64,000 nucleotides of DNA from Anaeromyxobacter sp. (GCA_049840735.1 JASGJN010000013.1:128001-192000), one strand, 5' to 3'. Shown: positions 31,711-47,453, numbered from the stretch's first letter. Notes: generated by a model not told the origin, from the letters alone. A program made the numbers and translations.

Positions 31711-32670
31711 ATGATCACCGACGACCTGCTCCGCGCCCAGCTCCCCCACACGCTCCGCCAGCTCGACCTCCCCGGCCTGGGCGAGCTGTACCGGGGGAAG
31801 GTGCGCGACAACTACACCCGGGGTGACCGGATCGTGATGGTCACGACCGACCGCGTGTCCGCCTTCGACCACGTCCTGGGGACCATCCCGTTCAAGGGCG
31901 GGATCCTCTCCCGGCTCACCACCTTCTGGTTCGAGAAGGTGAAGGACATCGCCCCCACGCACCTGGTGGCGGTCCCCGACCCCAGCGTCATGGTGGTCAA
32001 GAAGGCCCGGGCGCTGCCGGTGGAGATCATCATCCGCGGCTACATCACCGGCTCGCTCTGGCGCGACTACCAGGCCGGCAAGGCCGGCGCCTACGGCATC
32101 ACCTGGCCGGCCGGGCTCAGGAAGGACCAGCGCTTCGAGACGCCGGTCATCACGCCGTCCACCAAGGCCGAGTACGGCAAGCACGACGAGCCCATCAGCG
32201 AGGCGGAGATCCTGAAGCAGGGGCTGGTGGCGCCGGACGTCTGGCGCGAGGCCGTGGCCGTCGCGCAGCGGCTGTTCCAGCGCGGGCAGGAGTGGGCCCG
32301 CACCCGCGGCCTGATCCTGGTGGACACCAAGTACGAGATGGGGATCGCCGACGGCAAGCTGGTGGTCATCGACGAGATCCACACGCCCGACTCCTCGCGC
32401 TACTGGGTGGCCGAGGGGAGCGAGGAGCGGTTCGCGCGCGGCGAGGAGCAGCGGATGCTCGACAAGGAGAACATCCGCCAGTGGCTCATCACCGAGCGCG
32501 GGTTCTCCGGCCAGGGCACGCCGCCGCCCATCCCGGACGACGTGCGGGTGATGCTGGCCCGCAAGTACGTGGACCTCTACGAGCAGCTGACCGGCGAGAC
32601 CTTCCGCTCGCAGGTGGGCTCGGTGGAGTCCCGCATCGCCGCCAACCTGAAGGCGGCCGGCCTGTACTAG
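31711..32670 (+). CDS. purC: Phosphoribosylaminoimidazole-succinocarboxamide synthase
   Basis: YRGKVRD, TDRVSAFD, RGYITGS, TPSTKA, LVDTKYE, DEIHTPDSSRYW, DKE. Confidence 0.96.
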   Translation: MITDDLLRAQLPHTLRQLDLPGLGELYRGKVRDNYTRGDRIVMVTTDRVSAFDHVLGTIPFKGGILSRLTTFWFEKVKDIAPTHLVAVPDPSVMVVKKARALPVEIIIRGYITGSLWRDYQAGKAGAYGITWPAGLRKDQRFETPVITPSTKAEYGKHDEPISEAEILKQGLVAPDVWREAVAVAQRLFQRGQEWARTRGLILVDTKYEMGIADGKLVVIDEIHTPDSSRYWVAEGSEERFARGEEQRMLDKENIRQWLITERGFSGQGTPPPIPDDVRVMLARKYVDLYEQLTGETFRSQVGSVESRIAANLKAAGLY

Positions 32671-32678
32671 CGGCGCGC

Positions 32679-33494
32679 GTGGCCGCCCGGGCGCCCCCAG
32701 CCGAGGCTTCCCCGGGCGGCGCGCCGCGCGGGCCAGGGGCCGCGCCGCGGGGGGGCGGCGCAGGGGCGCGCGCGCAGCCGCCGTCCCCGCCGCTGCCGCT
32801 GGTGCTGCTGCCCGGGATCGACGGCAGCGGCCGGCTCTACGCGCCGCTGCTGGCCGCCGCGCCGCGGGGGCTGGCGCCGGTCAGCGTCGCCTACCCGGCG
32901 GACCGGCCGCTGGGCTACCCGGCGCTGGTCGAGCTGGCCCGGGCGGCGCTGCCGCGCGCCGGCCGCTTCCTCCTGCTGGCGGAGTCCTTCTCCGGCCCGA
33001 TCGCGGTCCGCCTGGCCGCCGAGCGGCCGCCCGGGCTGGCCGGGCTGGTGCTGGCCGCGAGCTTCCTCCACGCGCCGCTCCACCCGCTGCTCCACCCGCT
33101 GCGCGCGCTGGTGGGCGCGCGGCTCTTCGGCCTGCCCATGCCGCCGGCGGTGATCCGCCACTTCATGGCCGGGCCGGACGCGCCGGCACCGCTGGTGGAG
33201 GAGGTGCGGGCCGCGGTGACCGCGGTCCGCCCCGAGGTGCTGGCCCACCGCTCGCTGGAGGCGCTGCGCGAGGACGTCCGGCCGCTGCTGGCCGAGGTGC
33301 AGGCGCCCATCCTCTGGCTCGCGCCGAAGCGCGATCGGCTGCTCCACGCCGGGGCTTCCGCCGAGCTGCAGGCGCTGCGGCCGGACGCCGAGGTGGTCCA
33401 CCTGGACGCGCCGCACATGATCCTGCAGCGCGCCCCGCACGCCTGCCTGGCGGCGATCGAGCGGTTCGCGGCGGCGCTGGAGGCCGGGGGCTGA
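32679..33494 (+). CDS. Alpha/beta fold hydrolase
   Basis: LLPGIDGSG, nucleophile elbow AESFSG, D (RDRL), H (APH); start uncertain. Confidence 0.8.
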   Translation: MAARAPPAEASPGGAPRGPGAAPRGGGAGARAQPPSPPLPLVLLPGIDGSGRLYAPLLAAAPRGLAPVSVAYPADRPLGYPALVELARAALPRAGRFLLLAESFSGPIAVRLAAERPPGLAGLVLAASFLHAPLHPLLHPLRALVGARLFGLPMPPAVIRHFMAGPDAPAPLVEEVRAAVTAVRPEVLAHRSLEALREDVRPLLAEVQAPILWLAPKRDRLLHAGASAELQALRPDAEVVHLDAPHMILQRAPHACLAAIERFAAALEAGG

Positions 33495-33551
33495 GGAGCG
33501 GCGAGGTTCCGGTTCCGGCCCCGGTTCCAGTCCCAGTCCGGTCCCTCCCCC

Positions 33552-35228
33552 TCAGCGCAGGTCGTACGCGTAGAAGACCCGGAGCACCGTCGCCGCATCC
33601 GTGGCGACCGGCCCGCCCGGATCCTGCGACCAGCGCAGCATCCGGGTGACGTCCACGCCGGCGCCGTGCTCGCGGCCGAGCCGCGCCATCACGTGGGCGG
33701 CCAGGTCGAGCCGCGCCTCCGTCCCCTCCCCCTCGCCCACGCCGTACAGGTAGAAGGGCCGCACGGTCCCGCCGACGCGCCAGTGGCGCGAGAGCAGCTC
33801 GGCCTCGAGCAGCCCCTCGGCGCCCGGGCCGAAGCGGTAGTCGCGCCCGGCGCCGCCCACGCTGGGGATCTGGCCCGCGGCGCCCAGCAGCACGGCGGTG
33901 CCCACGGCGGAGCCCTCCAGCGCCAGCCCGTCCTGGAGCTGCCAGTGCAGCGAGGTGCCCACCGCCAGGCCGCTGCCGGAGGTGCGGAACGGGCCAGGCG
34001 AGTCGATGGAGAAGGTCAGGTAGAGGCCCCACAGCCCGCGCAGGTCCGGGGCCGGCGCCAGCGGCTCGCCGGCGATCAGGCCGCGGATCCGCATGGTGGA
34101 GACCGGATCGGCGGTGAGGCCGTAGGAGGCGTCGAAGACGAAGTGGTCGAAGGGGCCGTCGAGCCGCAGGTCCGGGTCCGCCGGCACGCCGTAGACCACC
34201 TGCAAGCCGCCGAAGGGAACGCCCTTGCCCGGCTCGAGCCACTGGTCCTTGCCCGGGTCCCCGCCCAGCCCGCCCGCCGTGGCCAGCAGGCGCATCGACG
34301 GCAGCGGGCGCGCCGGCCGCGGCCCCACCCAGCCGCGGTTGATGGCGCTCATGGGCGCGAGCACCACCGAGAAGACCCGGCTCCCCAGGTCGCCGCGGGC
34401 CCAGAGGCCGTCGGAGGTGCGGAGCAGCACCTCGCCCAGCGAGATGCCGGCCACGGTGGTGGTGATCTGGTCGTTGATGGCGGGCGGGAGCGTCTCGCCG
34501 CTGTACTCCCAGGCCAGGCTGGAGAAGAACGGGTAGAGCGACGACGTCCAGAAGCCGAGCCCGGCCGAGCGCGCCGCGGTGTAGGACCAGGTCCCCTGGT
34601 ACGGGTGGCCGAACTGGTTCACCCAGAACTGATCGTCGTCGAGCACCCAGGCGCTCTGGAGGTTGGCGCCCACGCTGTCCCAGGTGATCTCGGCCCACTC
34701 GGCCTCGCCGACCCACTTGTTCCACTTCATGATGATGAAGTGGATGGCCACCGACTCGGTGACGGACACGGTCACCGGGTCTCGCCAGAAGGGCGGGCGG
34801 GCCGGGGCCAGCGCGAGCGGCTCGCTCGCGCCCGGGAGCGAGGAGGCCGCCGCGGGCTGCGCCAGCCCCTCGCCCGGCGGCGGCGCCGGCACGGTGGACG
34901 GCGGGCCCGCGGTGGCCTGCACCACCGCGTCCGGGTCGGCGGCGCCGACCGCGGGGACGGGCGCGATGGCATCGACCGCTGCGGCCGCAGGGACCGGCGC
35001 TGCCGCGGGGACGTCAGCGGCTGCAGGAACGGACGCGGTCGCTGGGTCAGGCGCGCCGGCCGGGTCGGCAGCAGGCTGCGGCTGCGGCGCCGCGGCGTCC
35101 CCCGGCTGCGAAGCGGCCGGGCGCTCCCCGGCTGGGGCGGCGGCGGGCAGCACGATCCCCTCGGCAGCGGCGCCGCGCGCGGCCCACGCCAGGAACAGCC
35201 CGAAGACGATCGAATGCGCCCGCTTCAC
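33552..35228 (-). CDS. DUF3943-domain secreted/outer-membrane protein
   Basis: Signal-like N-terminus, Ala/Pro linker, [14 protein letters not shown]…ARSAG…WEY.GE…PAIND; beta-rich C-terminus; start uncertain. Confidence 0.75.
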   Translation of the reverse strand: MKRAHSIVFGLFLAWAARGAAAEGIVLPAAAPAGERPAASQPGDAAAPQPQPAADPAGAPDPATASVPAAADVPAAAPVPAAAAVDAIAPVPAVGAADPDAVVQATAGPPSTVPAPPPGEGLAQPAAASSLPGASEPLALAPARPPFWRDPVTVSVTESVAIHFIIMKWNKWVGEAEWAEITWDSVGANLQSAWVLDDDQFWVNQFGHPYQGTWSYTAARSAGLGFWTSSLYPFFSSLAWEYSGETLPPAINDQITTTVAGISLGEVLLRTSDGLWARGDLGSRVFSVVLAPMSAINRGWVGPRPARPLPSMRLLATAGGLGGDPGKDQWLEPGKGVPFGGLQVVYGVPADPDLRLDGPFDHFVFDASYGLTADPVSTMRIRGLIAGEPLAPAPDLRGLWGLYLTFSIDSPGPFRTSGSGLAVGTSLHWQLQDGLALEGSAVGTAVLLGAAGQIPSVGGAGRDYRFGPGAEGLLEAELLSRHWRVGGTVRPFYLYGVGEGEGTEARLDLAAHVMARLGREHGAGVDVTRMLRWSQDPGGPVATDAATVLRVFYAYDLR

Positions 35229-35421
35229 GAAAAGACCAACCTGCCCGGCTCTCCCTCGCCGCCGAGTATACGCCGAGAGCGGAGGGCGCATTCCCCCTCG
35301 CCCGCGTGACGCGGGGACGGGGCACGCGCGGCAGCCTGCCGCGCTGCAGGGCGCCCGAGGGCCCGCGCCGCGCCCGGCGCGAGCGCCGCGTCCCCCCGGC
35401 GCCCCGCCTTCACGCTGCGTC

Positions 35422-36741
35422 TCAGCCCTGGCCGAACACGCGCGCGAAGATCGTGTCCACGTGCTTCAGGTGGTACTCGAGCGCGAAGCAGGCGTCGATC
35501 TCCGCCTCGCCCAGCACGCGGCGCACGTCGGCGTCGCCCTTGAGCGCGGTGCGGAAGTCGACCTTGTCCTCCCAGACCTTCATGGCGTTGCGCTGGACGA
35601 AGACGTAGCCCTGCTGCCGCGCCACGCCCTTCTCCACCAGCGCCAGCAGCACCCGCTGCGCCTCGTAGAGGCCGCCGGTGAGGTCGAGGTTCTCCTGCAT
35701 GCGCTCCGGGTAGACGCGCAGGTTGTCGATCATGTTCGCGAAGCGGTGCAGCGCGAAGTCGAGCGCGATGGTGGCGTCCGGGCCGATCACGCGCTCCACC
35801 GAGGAGTGCGAGATGTCCCGCTCGTGCCAGAGCGCCACGTCCTCCAGGGCCGCCAGCGCGTAGCCGCGCAGCAGGCGGGCCAGGCCGGTCAGGTTCTCGG
35901 AGAGGATGGGGTTGCGCTTGTGCGGCATGGCCGACGAGCCCTTCTGCCCGGCGGTGAACGGCTCCTCCGCCTCGCGCACCTCGGTCCGCTGCAGGTGGCG
36001 CACCTCGGTGGCCTGCTGCTCCAGCACCGCGCCGCAGAGGGCCAGCGCGGAGAAGAACTCGGCGTGCCGGTCGCGGTTCACCACCTGGGTGGCCGCCGGC
36101 TCGGCGCCGCCCAGCCCCAGCTTCTGCATCACGAAGGCCTCGACGCGCGGGTCCACGTTCGCGAACGTGCCCACGGCGCCGGAGATCTTGCCCACCGCCA
36201 CGCCGTGCGACGCGGCCACCAGGGCGTCGCGGCGCCGGATCCAGGCGGCGTACCAGCCCGCCAGCTTGAGGCCGAAGGTGACCGGCTCGGCGTGGATGCC
36301 GTGGCTGCGCCCCATCATCGGGGTGCGGCGGTGCTCGAAGGCCCGCTTGCGCACCGCCGCCATCACCCTGTCCAGGCCGGACAGGATCAGGCCGGCCGCG
36401 TCACGCAGCTGGACCGCCAGGCAGGTGTCGAGCACGTCGGAGGAGGTCATCCCCTTGTGCAGGTGGCGCGCAGCCGGGCCGCCCTTCTCCTCCACGAAGG
36501 TGAGGAAGGCGATCACGTCGTGCTTGACCGTCTTCTCGATCTCCTCGATGCGGGCCACGTCGGCGGCGGTGAAGGCGTAGCCGTCGAAGGCCTTCCTCAG
36601 CGCCGCCAGGTCCTCGGCCGGCACGTCGCCGAGCTGGACCATGGCCTCGCAGGCGAAGAGCTCGATGTCGAGCCAGATGCGGTAGCGGTGCTCCGACGTC
36701 CACAGCTGGCCCATCTCGGGCCGGGTGTAGCGGGGGATCAT
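35422..36741 (-). CDS. purB: Adenylosuccinate lyase
   Basis: [47 protein letters not shown]. Confidence 0.97.
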   Translation of the reverse strand: MIPRYTRPEMGQLWTSEHRYRIWLDIELFACEAMVQLGDVPAEDLAALRKAFDGYAFTAADVARIEEIEKTVKHDVIAFLTFVEEKGGPAARHLHKGMTSSDVLDTCLAVQLRDAAGLILSGLDRVMAAVRKRAFEHRRTPMMGRSHGIHAEPVTFGLKLAGWYAAWIRRRDALVAASHGVAVGKISGAVGTFANVDPRVEAFVMQKLGLGGAEPAATQVVNRDRHAEFFSALALCGAVLEQQATEVRHLQRTEVREAEEPFTAGQKGSSAMPHKRNPILSENLTGLARLLRGYALAALEDVALWHERDISHSSVERVIGPDATIALDFALHRFANMIDNLRVYPERMQENLDLTGGLYEAQRVLLALVEKGVARQQGYVFVQRNAMKVWEDKVDFRTALKGDADVRRVLGEAEIDACFALEYHLKHVDTIFARVFGQG

Positions 36742-36778
36742 GTCTGGCCTCCTGCCGGCGCGCGCGCCGGGGAAATGA

Positions 36779-37225
36779 CTAGCTGTGTCCGGTGGAGCCG
36801 AACCCGCCGCCGCCGCGGGCGGTCTCGCCCAGGGCCTCGGCCAGCTCCAGCGTGGCCTGGACCACCGGCGCGATCACCAGCTGCGCGATGCGGTCGCCGC
36901 GGGCGAAGGTGACCGGCGCCTGCCCGTGGTTCACGAGCAGCACGCCCACCTCGCCCCGGTAGTCGGCGTCGATGGTGCCGGGGGCGTTGACCATGCCCAC
37001 CCCGTGGCGCGCGGCCAGCCCGGAGCGCGGGCGCACCTGCCCCTCGTGGCCGGGCGGGATCTCCAGCGCCAGGCCGGTCGGGACCAGGCGGCGCTCGCCC
37101 GGCGCCAGCGTGAACGGCTCGTCGGCGCGCAGGTCCAGGCCGGCGGCGTGCGCCGTCTCGTAGCGGGGGAGCTCCAGCGGCTCGCCGCGGCTCCCCACGC
37201 GGCGGACTCGGACGGTGACGGGCAT
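36779..37225 (-). CDS. dut: dUTP diphosphatase
   Basis: [42 protein letters not shown]. Confidence 0.96.
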   Translation of the reverse strand: MPVTVRVRRVGSRGEPLELPRYETAHAAGLDLRADEPFTLAPGERRLVPTGLALEIPPGHEGQVRPRSGLAARHGVGMVNAPGTIDADYRGEVGVLLVNHGQAPVTFARGDRIAQLVIAPVVQATLELAEALGETARGGGGFGSTGHS

Positions 37226-37242
37226 GCTCTGATCTTCCGGAC

Positions 37243-37294
37243 GCCCTGAGCGTAGGACCGGGGCGCCTGGCGCCCCGGTCCGGAGTCGAAGGGC
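37243..37294. repeat. REP-like palindromic repeat, copy 2
   Basis: gccctgagcgta-ggaccggggcgcc-t-ggcgccccggtcc-ggagtcgaagggc. Confidence 0.75.
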
Positions 37295-37329
37295 AGGGGC
37301 CCAGAGGCCCCGCCACTCACGCCATTGAC

Positions 37330-39500
<2,171 letters not shown>

Positions 39501-39581
39501 GTGCACCTTCCGGGACCGGACGGCGCGCCTGGCGCGCCGAGGCCCCTCAGGCCCGCGCGACCGGCGGCGGAGGCGGCGCTG

Positions 39582-39657
39582 AAGGTGCTTCTGTTCCTGA
39601 TTCCAACGGCGCTCGGGAGCTGCGGAGCGCCGGCCGAATCGGAAACGGAAGCGCCTT
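39582..39657 (-). promoter_or_regulatory. Long imperfect stem-loop in the rpsO-pnp intergenic/pnp leader region
   Basis: aaggtgcttctgttcctgattc versus gaatcggaaacggaagcgcctt (18/22 complementary), with an inner cggcgctc/gagcgccg stem. Confidence 0.55.
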
Positions 39658-39768
39658 CCCCCGTCTCTCGCGCGACCCGGCCTGCGGGCGCGTTCACTGC
39701 AGCGCCTCCGAACCCCGGAAGCGCGAGCGCCCCGGCCGCGAGCGGCCGAGGCGCCGTTCCCGGCTCCG

Positions 39769-40038
39769 CTACTTGCGGATGCCGAGCTGATCGATGAGCG
39801 TCTTGTAGCGGGCGCCGTCGATCGTCTTCAGGTAGTCGAGCAGCCGGCGCCGCTGGCCGACCATCTTGAGGAGGCCGCGGCGGCTGTGGTGGTCCTTCTT
39901 GTGCGTCTTGAAGTGCTCGGTGAGGTAGGTGATCCGCTCGCTGAGGAGGGCCACCTGGACCTCGGGAGACCCGGTGTCCTTCTCGTGCCGCTTGTACTTC
40001 GCGACCAGCTCGGTCTTCTTGTCCTGCTCGAGCGCCAT
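39769..40038 (-). CDS. rpsO: 30S ribosomal protein S15
   Basis: [31 protein letters not shown]. Confidence 0.98.
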   Translation of the reverse strand: MALEQDKKTELVAKYKRHEKDTGSPEVQVALLSERITYLTEHFKTHKKDHHSRRGLLKMVGQRRRLLDYLKTIDGARYKTLIDQLGIRK

Positions 40039-40147
40039 AGGAGCTTCCTTTCGTTCTGGGAGGTCCCCGCCGCTGGGGCGAAGGCGCGCGCCGCGAGCCG
40101 CAGGGCCTCTCGTGAATGCGGGGTCTTAAGCCATCGCGCGGGGCGAG

Positions 40148-41092
40148 TCAACCGTCCTGGCCGGCGGGGGATGGGGCCCCCGATAGCACCTCGCCCGGGG
40201 TGAGCAGCACCCGGACGGGCCTGAGGCGGTCGCCGGTCGCATCGCACACCGCCACCAGCCGTCCGCGCGCGTCCAGCGCACGGGTGAGACCGTGGAGCCC
40301 CTCGGGACAGGGCGCGGCGCGCCCCTGGACCAGCCCCAGCGCCTCGCGCTCGGTGAGCTGCGCCGCCGGCAGGAACCCCAGCGCCTCGGCCAGCGGGACG
40401 AGCCGCCCCTCCAGCGCGGCCGGCCCCCCCTCGGCGGCCAGCCGCTCGGCCTCCTCCAGCGGCACCGCCTGCGCCAGCGTGAAGCCGCTGGCCATGGTGC
40501 GGCGCAGCGCGGCCAGGTGTGCCGGCACGCCCAGCGCGCGCCCCAGGTCGGCCGCCAGCGTCCTCACGTAGGTGCCCTTGCCGCAGCGCACCGCCAGGCG
40601 GACCTGCAGCCGGCCGGGCGAAGCCGGCCCGAAGGCGAGCAGCTCCACGGCGTGGACCACCACCTGGCGCGGCGTCCGCTCCACCTGCTCGCCGGCCCGG
40701 GCCGCCTCGTGCAGCCGGCGGCCGCCGACCCGCACGGCCGAGTACATGGGCGGCACCTGCGCCAGGGTCCCCACGAAGCGAGGGAGCGCCGCCGCCACCG
40801 CCGCCTGGTCCAGGCCGGCGGGATCGCCCTCCTCGATCACCCGCCCCTCGGCGTCCTCGGTGTCGGTTGCCGCGCCGAACGCGACCGTGGCCTCGTAGGC
40901 CTTGTCGCCGTCGGAGAGGTACTGCTGCAGCCGGACCGCGCCCCCCACGCAGACCGCGAGCACGCCGGTGGCCGCCGGGTCGAGCGTGCCGGCGTGGCCC
41001 GCCTTCTCCGCGCGCAGCGCGCGGCGCACCCGCGCCACCACCTCGTGCGAGGTGGGGCCGGCCGGCTTGTCGATGACCAGGACGCCGGCCAC
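40148..41092 (-). CDS. truB: tRNA pseudouridine(55) synthase
   Basis: DKPAGPTSH, GHAGTLDPAATGVL, QVPPMYSA, CGKGTYVR. Confidence 0.96.
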   Translation of the reverse strand: MAGVLVIDKPAGPTSHEVVARVRRALRAEKAGHAGTLDPAATGVLAVCVGGAVRLQQYLSDGDKAYEATVAFGAATDTEDAEGRVIEEGDPAGLDQAAVAAALPRFVGTLAQVPPMYSAVRVGGRRLHEAARAGEQVERTPRQVVVHAVELLAFGPASPGRLQVRLAVRCGKGTYVRTLAADLGRALGVPAHLAALRRTMASGFTLAQAVPLEEAERLAAEGGPAALEGRLVPLAEALGFLPAAQLTEREALGLVQGRAAPCPEGLHGLTRALDARGRLVAVCDATGDRLRPVRVLLTPGEVLSGAPSPAGQDG

Positions 41093-41097
41093 GCCGC

Positions 41098-41523
41098 TCA
41101 GGGCCCGGACTCCGGCTCGCCCTCGCCGGCCTTGGCCGGCGGCGCCTCGGCGCCGGCCGCGGCGGAGGCGGCGTCCATCGCCTTGGCCTCCTTGAGCAGC
41201 CGCTCGATCCGGTCGCCGCGCTCGATCGACTCGTCGTAGACCAGCCGCAGGTGCGGCGTGTGGCGCAGCTTGAGGGCGCGGGCCACCTCCGCCTGGAGAT
41301 ACGTCGCCGCGGCGCGGAGCCCCTCCAGCGTCTGGGTCCGCACCTTCTCGTCGCCGTGGATGGACAGGTAGACCGTGATCTCCTTGAGGTCGGGGGCCAT
41401 CTTGGCCCCGGTCACGGTGACGAACCCGGTGATGCGCGGGTCCTTGAGGCCGCGGGCGATCCGGGCCGAGAGCTCCTGGCGGAACTCCTCGGCGACGCGC
41501 GCGGGGCGGTTGTGCGTGGCCAT
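41098..41523 (-). CDS. rbfA: Ribosome-binding factor A
   Basis: R.ARV, KDPRI, PDL, LRHTPHL.LVYD.SIE; canonical position after infB. Confidence 0.94.
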   Translation of the reverse strand: MATHNRPARVAEEFRQELSARIARGLKDPRITGFVTVTGAKMAPDLKEITVYLSIHGDEKVRTQTLEGLRAAATYLQAEVARALKLRHTPHLRLVYDESIERGDRIERLLKEAKAMDAASAAAGAEAPPAKAGEGEPESGP

Positions 41524-41528
41524 CTGGT

Positions 41529-41975
41529 CTACCCTTCCTCGTCCTCGCCGCCCTCGCGCGGCCGGGGCCGCGGGCGGGGGAACCGCGGCGCCGGGGCCGG
41601 GGGCTCCTCGTCGCCGGCCTCCCAGGCCGGCGCGCCCTCCGCCTCGGCCAGGGTCCGCATGGAGCCCTCGCCGACGCCGTCGCCGTAGGGGACGATCTCG
41701 ATGTCTCGCGCGGTGACCAGCAGCTGGCCCCCGTGCATGCTGCCGATGAAGTCGGCGACCTTGTCGAGCTGCTCGTTCACGAAGCCGTGGTCGTTGCCGA
41801 CCGCCGCCACGCCCAGCACGCTCCGCTGCCAGAGGTCGTTCTCGGCCACCTCGCTGATGGCCACGTTGAAGCGGGCCCGCACCCGGTCGATGGCCGAGCG
41901 CACCAGGTGGCGCTTGGACTTGAGCGACCCGGGCTCGGGCAGGTGCAGGGTGAGTCTCAGGACGCCTACGAACAT
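41529..41975 (-). CDS. DUF503 (YlxP-like) protein
   Basis: SLKSKR, RFNVAISEV…DLWQR. Confidence 0.9.
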   Translation of the reverse strand: MFVGVLRLTLHLPEPGSLKSKRHLVRSAIDRVRARFNVAISEVAENDLWQRSVLGVAAVGNDHGFVNEQLDKVADFIGSMHGGQLLVTARDIEIVPYGDGVGEGSMRTLAEAEGAPAWEAGDEEPPAPAPRFPRPRPRPREGGEDEEG

Positions 41976-42032
41976 TTGTTACGGGGACTGCGTCCCCGCC
42001 CCTCCTGCGCCGGGGACCCGGGCAGAACGCGG

Positions 42033-42080
42033 CCGTTCGCCCTGAGCGTAGCGGCGCGCAGCGCCGCGGAGTCGAAGGGC
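42033..42080. repeat. REP-like palindromic repeat, copy 3
   Basis: ccgttcgccctgagcgta-gcggcgc-gca-gcgccgc-ggagtcgaagggc. Confidence 0.75.
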
Positions 42081-42142
42081 GCCCCCTCCCCCGGCCACAT
42101 GCCGGGGCCCCCACCCCGGCTTTGCGCCTGCCCGGTCCATCC

Positions 42143-44968
42143 CTAGTCCAGCGACGGCCGGATCTCCTCCAGCTCGAACACCTCGAGCACGTCGCCGGCC
42201 TTCACGTCGGTGTAGCCGTCGATCCCGATGCCGCACTCCAGGCCGGCCGCCACCTCGCGGACGTCGTCCTTGAGTCGCTTGAGCGAGCTGATCTTGCCGG
42301 AGTGGACCACCTTCCGGTCGCGCAGCACGCGGGCCAGGCTGGCGCGCTTGATGACGCCGTCGGTGACCGCCGAGCCGGCGATGGCGCCGATCTTCGGGAT
42401 GTTGAAGAGCTGGCGGACCTCGGCCTTGCCCAGCGGCTTCTCCCGGATGATCGGGTCGAGCAGGCTGACCATCTCCTCGCGGACCGTGTCCACCGCCTCG
42501 TAGATGATTCGAGAAGAGCAGGATCTTCACGCCCTGCTGGCTGGCGATCTGCTCGACCTTCGTCTCCGGCTTGGTGTTGAAGCCCACGATGACGCCCTTG
42601 CCGGCCGCGGCCGTGAGGACGTCGGACTCGGTGATGGCGCCCACGCCGGAGTCGAGGATCTTGACCCCGACCTTCTTGGTGGCGGCCTTCTGCAGCGCCT
42701 GCGTGACGGCCTCGGAAGAGCCCTGCACGTCGGCCTTCACCACCACGTTGAGCACCTTGGCGCCGGAGGTCTTGGCCTTGGCGAACAGGTCCTCGAGGGT
42801 GGCCTTCTTGACCGAGGAGAGCTCCTTGGTCCGGGCCTTCTCGGCGCGGTGCTCGGCGACCTCCTTGGCCGACTTCTCGTCCTCGACGACGTTGAACTCG
42901 TCGCCGGCCGTGGGGACGCCGGAGAGGCCCAGCACCTCGACCGGATAGCCGGGCGGGACCTCCTTCACCTGCTCGCCGCGCTCGTTCATCATGGCGCGGA
43001 CGCGGCCGTGGTGCGTGCCGGTGACCAGCGCGTCGCCGACGCGGAGGGTGCCCTCCTCGACCAGGACGGTGGCGACGGCGCCGCGGCCCTTCTCCAGCTT
43101 GGCCTCGATGACGTGGCCGTAGGCCAGCGCCTCGGGGTTGGACTTGAGCTCGAGCACCTCGGACTGCAGGGCGATGTACTCCAGCAGCTCCTTCACGCCC
43201 TGCTTGGTGCGGGCCGACACGGGCAGCATGATGGTGGTGCCGCCCCACTGCTCGGCCACCAGCTCGTACTCGGTGAGCTGCTGCATCACGCGCTCGGGCG
43301 CGGCGTCCGGCTTGTCGATTCTTGTTGATGGCGACGAGGATGGTCACCCCGGCCGCCTTGGCCTGCTTGATCGACTCGATGGTCTGGGGCATCACGCCGT
43401 CGTCCGCCGCCACCACCAGCACCACCAGGTCGGTCACCTGGGCGCCGCGCTGGCGCATCGCGGTGAAGGCCTCGTGGCCGGGGGTGTCGAGGAAGGTGAT
43501 GGGGCCCTGCGGCGTCTGCACCGAGTAGGCGCCGATGTGCTGGGTGATGCCGCCGGCCTCGCCCGCGGCCACGTCGGCCTGGCGGATGGCGTCGAGCAGC
43601 GAGGTCTTGCCGTGGTCGACGTGACCCATCACGGTCACGACCGGCGGCCGGATGACGAGCTTGGACTCGTCCACCTCGACCTCGGGGATGAACTCCTCGA
43701 CCTCGAAGCCCTTCTTCTCGACGGTGTAGCCGTTCTCGACGGCCAGCAGCGCGGCCGTGTCGGCGTCGATCTGGGCGTTGATGGTGACCATCTTCCCGCC
43801 CTGCATCAGCTTGCGGAGGAGGTCGGCCGCCTTGACGCCCATGGCCTGCGAGAGCTCCGAGACCGAGATGGACTCCTCGATCCGGATGACCTTCTTGTGC
43901 TCGGCGCGCTCGGTGATTCTGGGTCTTCGCACCCTTCTTCGTAGGCTTCTTCTTCTTTCCGCGAACCGGGACGTAGGACCGGTCGCTGATGGCGGCCTGG
44001 AGCAGCTCCTTGCCGCTGAGGTTCTTCGCGGCCTCTTCCGAGACCGGGCGGCCGGCCCCGCGGCCGCGCTTGTTCTTGTCGCGCGAGACGTCGATGAACT
44101 CGCGCTCGCGACCCAGCGAGCCCGGGACGACCTTCAGCTCACGGATGTCGCCCAGCGCCCGGGGCCCGGGGGCCGCGGGGAAGGACTGCCGCGAGCTGGT
44201 GGGCGGCGTGACGCGGCGGACCGGCACCAGGGGCCGAGAGATGACCACGGCCTGGGTGGAGGTCGGGCGCAGGGTGCGCGGATCGACCGGCGGCTGGCCC
44301 GGCGCGCCCGCGTGGGCAGCGTTGGGCGCGGTGGGCCGCGTGTGGGTGGTGGAGACGGACGGGCCGTGGCCGTGCGTTGCGGGCGCGTGGGCGGCGGGCG
44401 CGTGCGCGGCCGGCGCGTGCGCGGCCGGCGCCGGGGCGGCGGGCGCGTGGGCAGGGGCCTGCACCGCGGCGACCGGCGCGGGCGCCGCGACGGCCGCGGG
44501 GGCCGGCGCCTGGACCTGCGCGGCCACGGCGGGCGCGGCGGCCTCGGCGGCGAGCGCCGGGGCCTCCGGCGCAGGGGCGGCCGGCTCGGCGACGGCAGGC
44601 TCGGCCGGCTCGACGGGCGGCGCGGCCTCGACCTCGGGCTCCGGCTCGTACTCGGCGACCGGCGCCTCGACGACAGGCGCGGCGACCTCGTGCGCGGCCG
44701 GCGCGGCGTGGACCGGGCCGTCGGTGTGGGCCTTGCGACGCACCACGAAGCCAGGGCCGGTGGGACGGACGGGCGCCGGCTTCGGCTTCCGCTCACCCAT
44801 GATCTTCTCGAACGCCGACGCGGCCTGGTCGTCCTCGAGGGAGGACGAGTGGCTCTTCACCTCGTGGAACCCGAGGGCGTGGAGCTTCTCGACCAGCTCC
44901 TGATTGGAGAGCTCGATGCCGTTCTCCTTCAGCTGCTTGCCGAGCTCGTGGACCCGCTTCTTCGTCAT
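42143..44968 (-). CDS. infB: Translation initiation factor IF-2; three frameshifts (43915, 43317, 42506)
   Basis: [30 protein letters not shown](I)D, KADVQGS, ECGI; each break is repaired by reading GAATC as GATC. Confidence 0.96.
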
Positions 44969-44979
44969 TGCGTGGACTC

Positions 44980-45257
44980 CTAATCCTTACGGGCATTTCC
45001 CGTCAACCCGTCCCGGAGCGAGGCTGCGTCCACCTGGACGCCCTCCGCCCGGAGGGCGCGCCCGAAGGCGCGGCGCCGGACGGCCCGGTCGAGGCACGCC
45101 GGAGCCGGGTGAAGCCAGGCCCCTCGCCCGCCCCGCCCGCCTGCGCCGACGACCACCCGCGCGTCCTGCGCCACGAAGCGCACCAGCGCAGGCTGCTCGG
45201 CCTTCTGGCCGCAGCCCACGCAGGTGCGCACGGGGCGCCGGTGGCGGGTGACGTTGC

Positions 45258-45261
<4 letters not shown>
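44980..45261 (-). CDS. ylxR: YlxR/DUF448 RNA-binding protein
   Basis: [14 protein letters not shown]…C, AFGRALR; TTG start overlaps the nusA stop. Confidence 0.88.
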
Positions 45262-46927
<1,666 letters not shown>

Positions 46928-46929
46928 GG

Positions 46930-47446
46930 TCAGTCCTTCCTCCGGAGGTCCGCCTCGACGTCGTACTCGAGGTGGGCCTTGGCGATTTCGATCGTGCGGG
47001 ATGCGGTGCAGGACGCCGTCGACGTCCACCTCCACCGCGCCGTCCCTGAAACCCTTCAGCACGCCGGTCCAGCCCTTGCGCGGCGGCTGGCCGGGGGCCG
47101 TGCCCGGCACCGGGCCGTAGCTCTTCACCTGGACGCGCTGCCCGGCGTAGCGGTCGAAGTCGGCCGGCTTGCGCAGCGGGCGGTCCAGGCCGGGCGAGGA
47201 GACCTCCAGGTCGTACGCCGGCTCGATGAAGTCCTCGACGTCGAGGATCGGCTCGATGGTCCGGCTGGCGCCCTGGCAGTCGTCGACGCCGATGCCGCCG
47301 GCCTTGTCGATGAAGACACGGAGCGTCCAGCGGCCCGCCTGGCGGAGCCACTCGACCTCGACCAGCTCGTAGCCGTCGCGGGCCAGCACGGGCTCGAGGA
47401 CCCGGCGTGCCTGCTCAGCGATCGATTCCTGCCCGATGCCCGTCAT
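46930..47446 (-). CDS. rimP: Ribosome maturation factor RimP; one frameshift near 46984-46993
   Basis: [24 protein letters not shown]; corrected end IAKAHLEY…RKD*. Confidence 0.94.
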
Positions 47447-47453
47447 GAACCCC

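Noticed and set aside
33505..33546. Short degenerate 6-bp repeat run (GGTTCC/AGTCCC) between convergent genes
   Set aside because: Too short and degenerate to assign a function
44380..44720. Ala/Pro/His repeats (HAPAA) as a separate element
   Set aside because: Part of the usual low-complexity N-terminal region of IF-2
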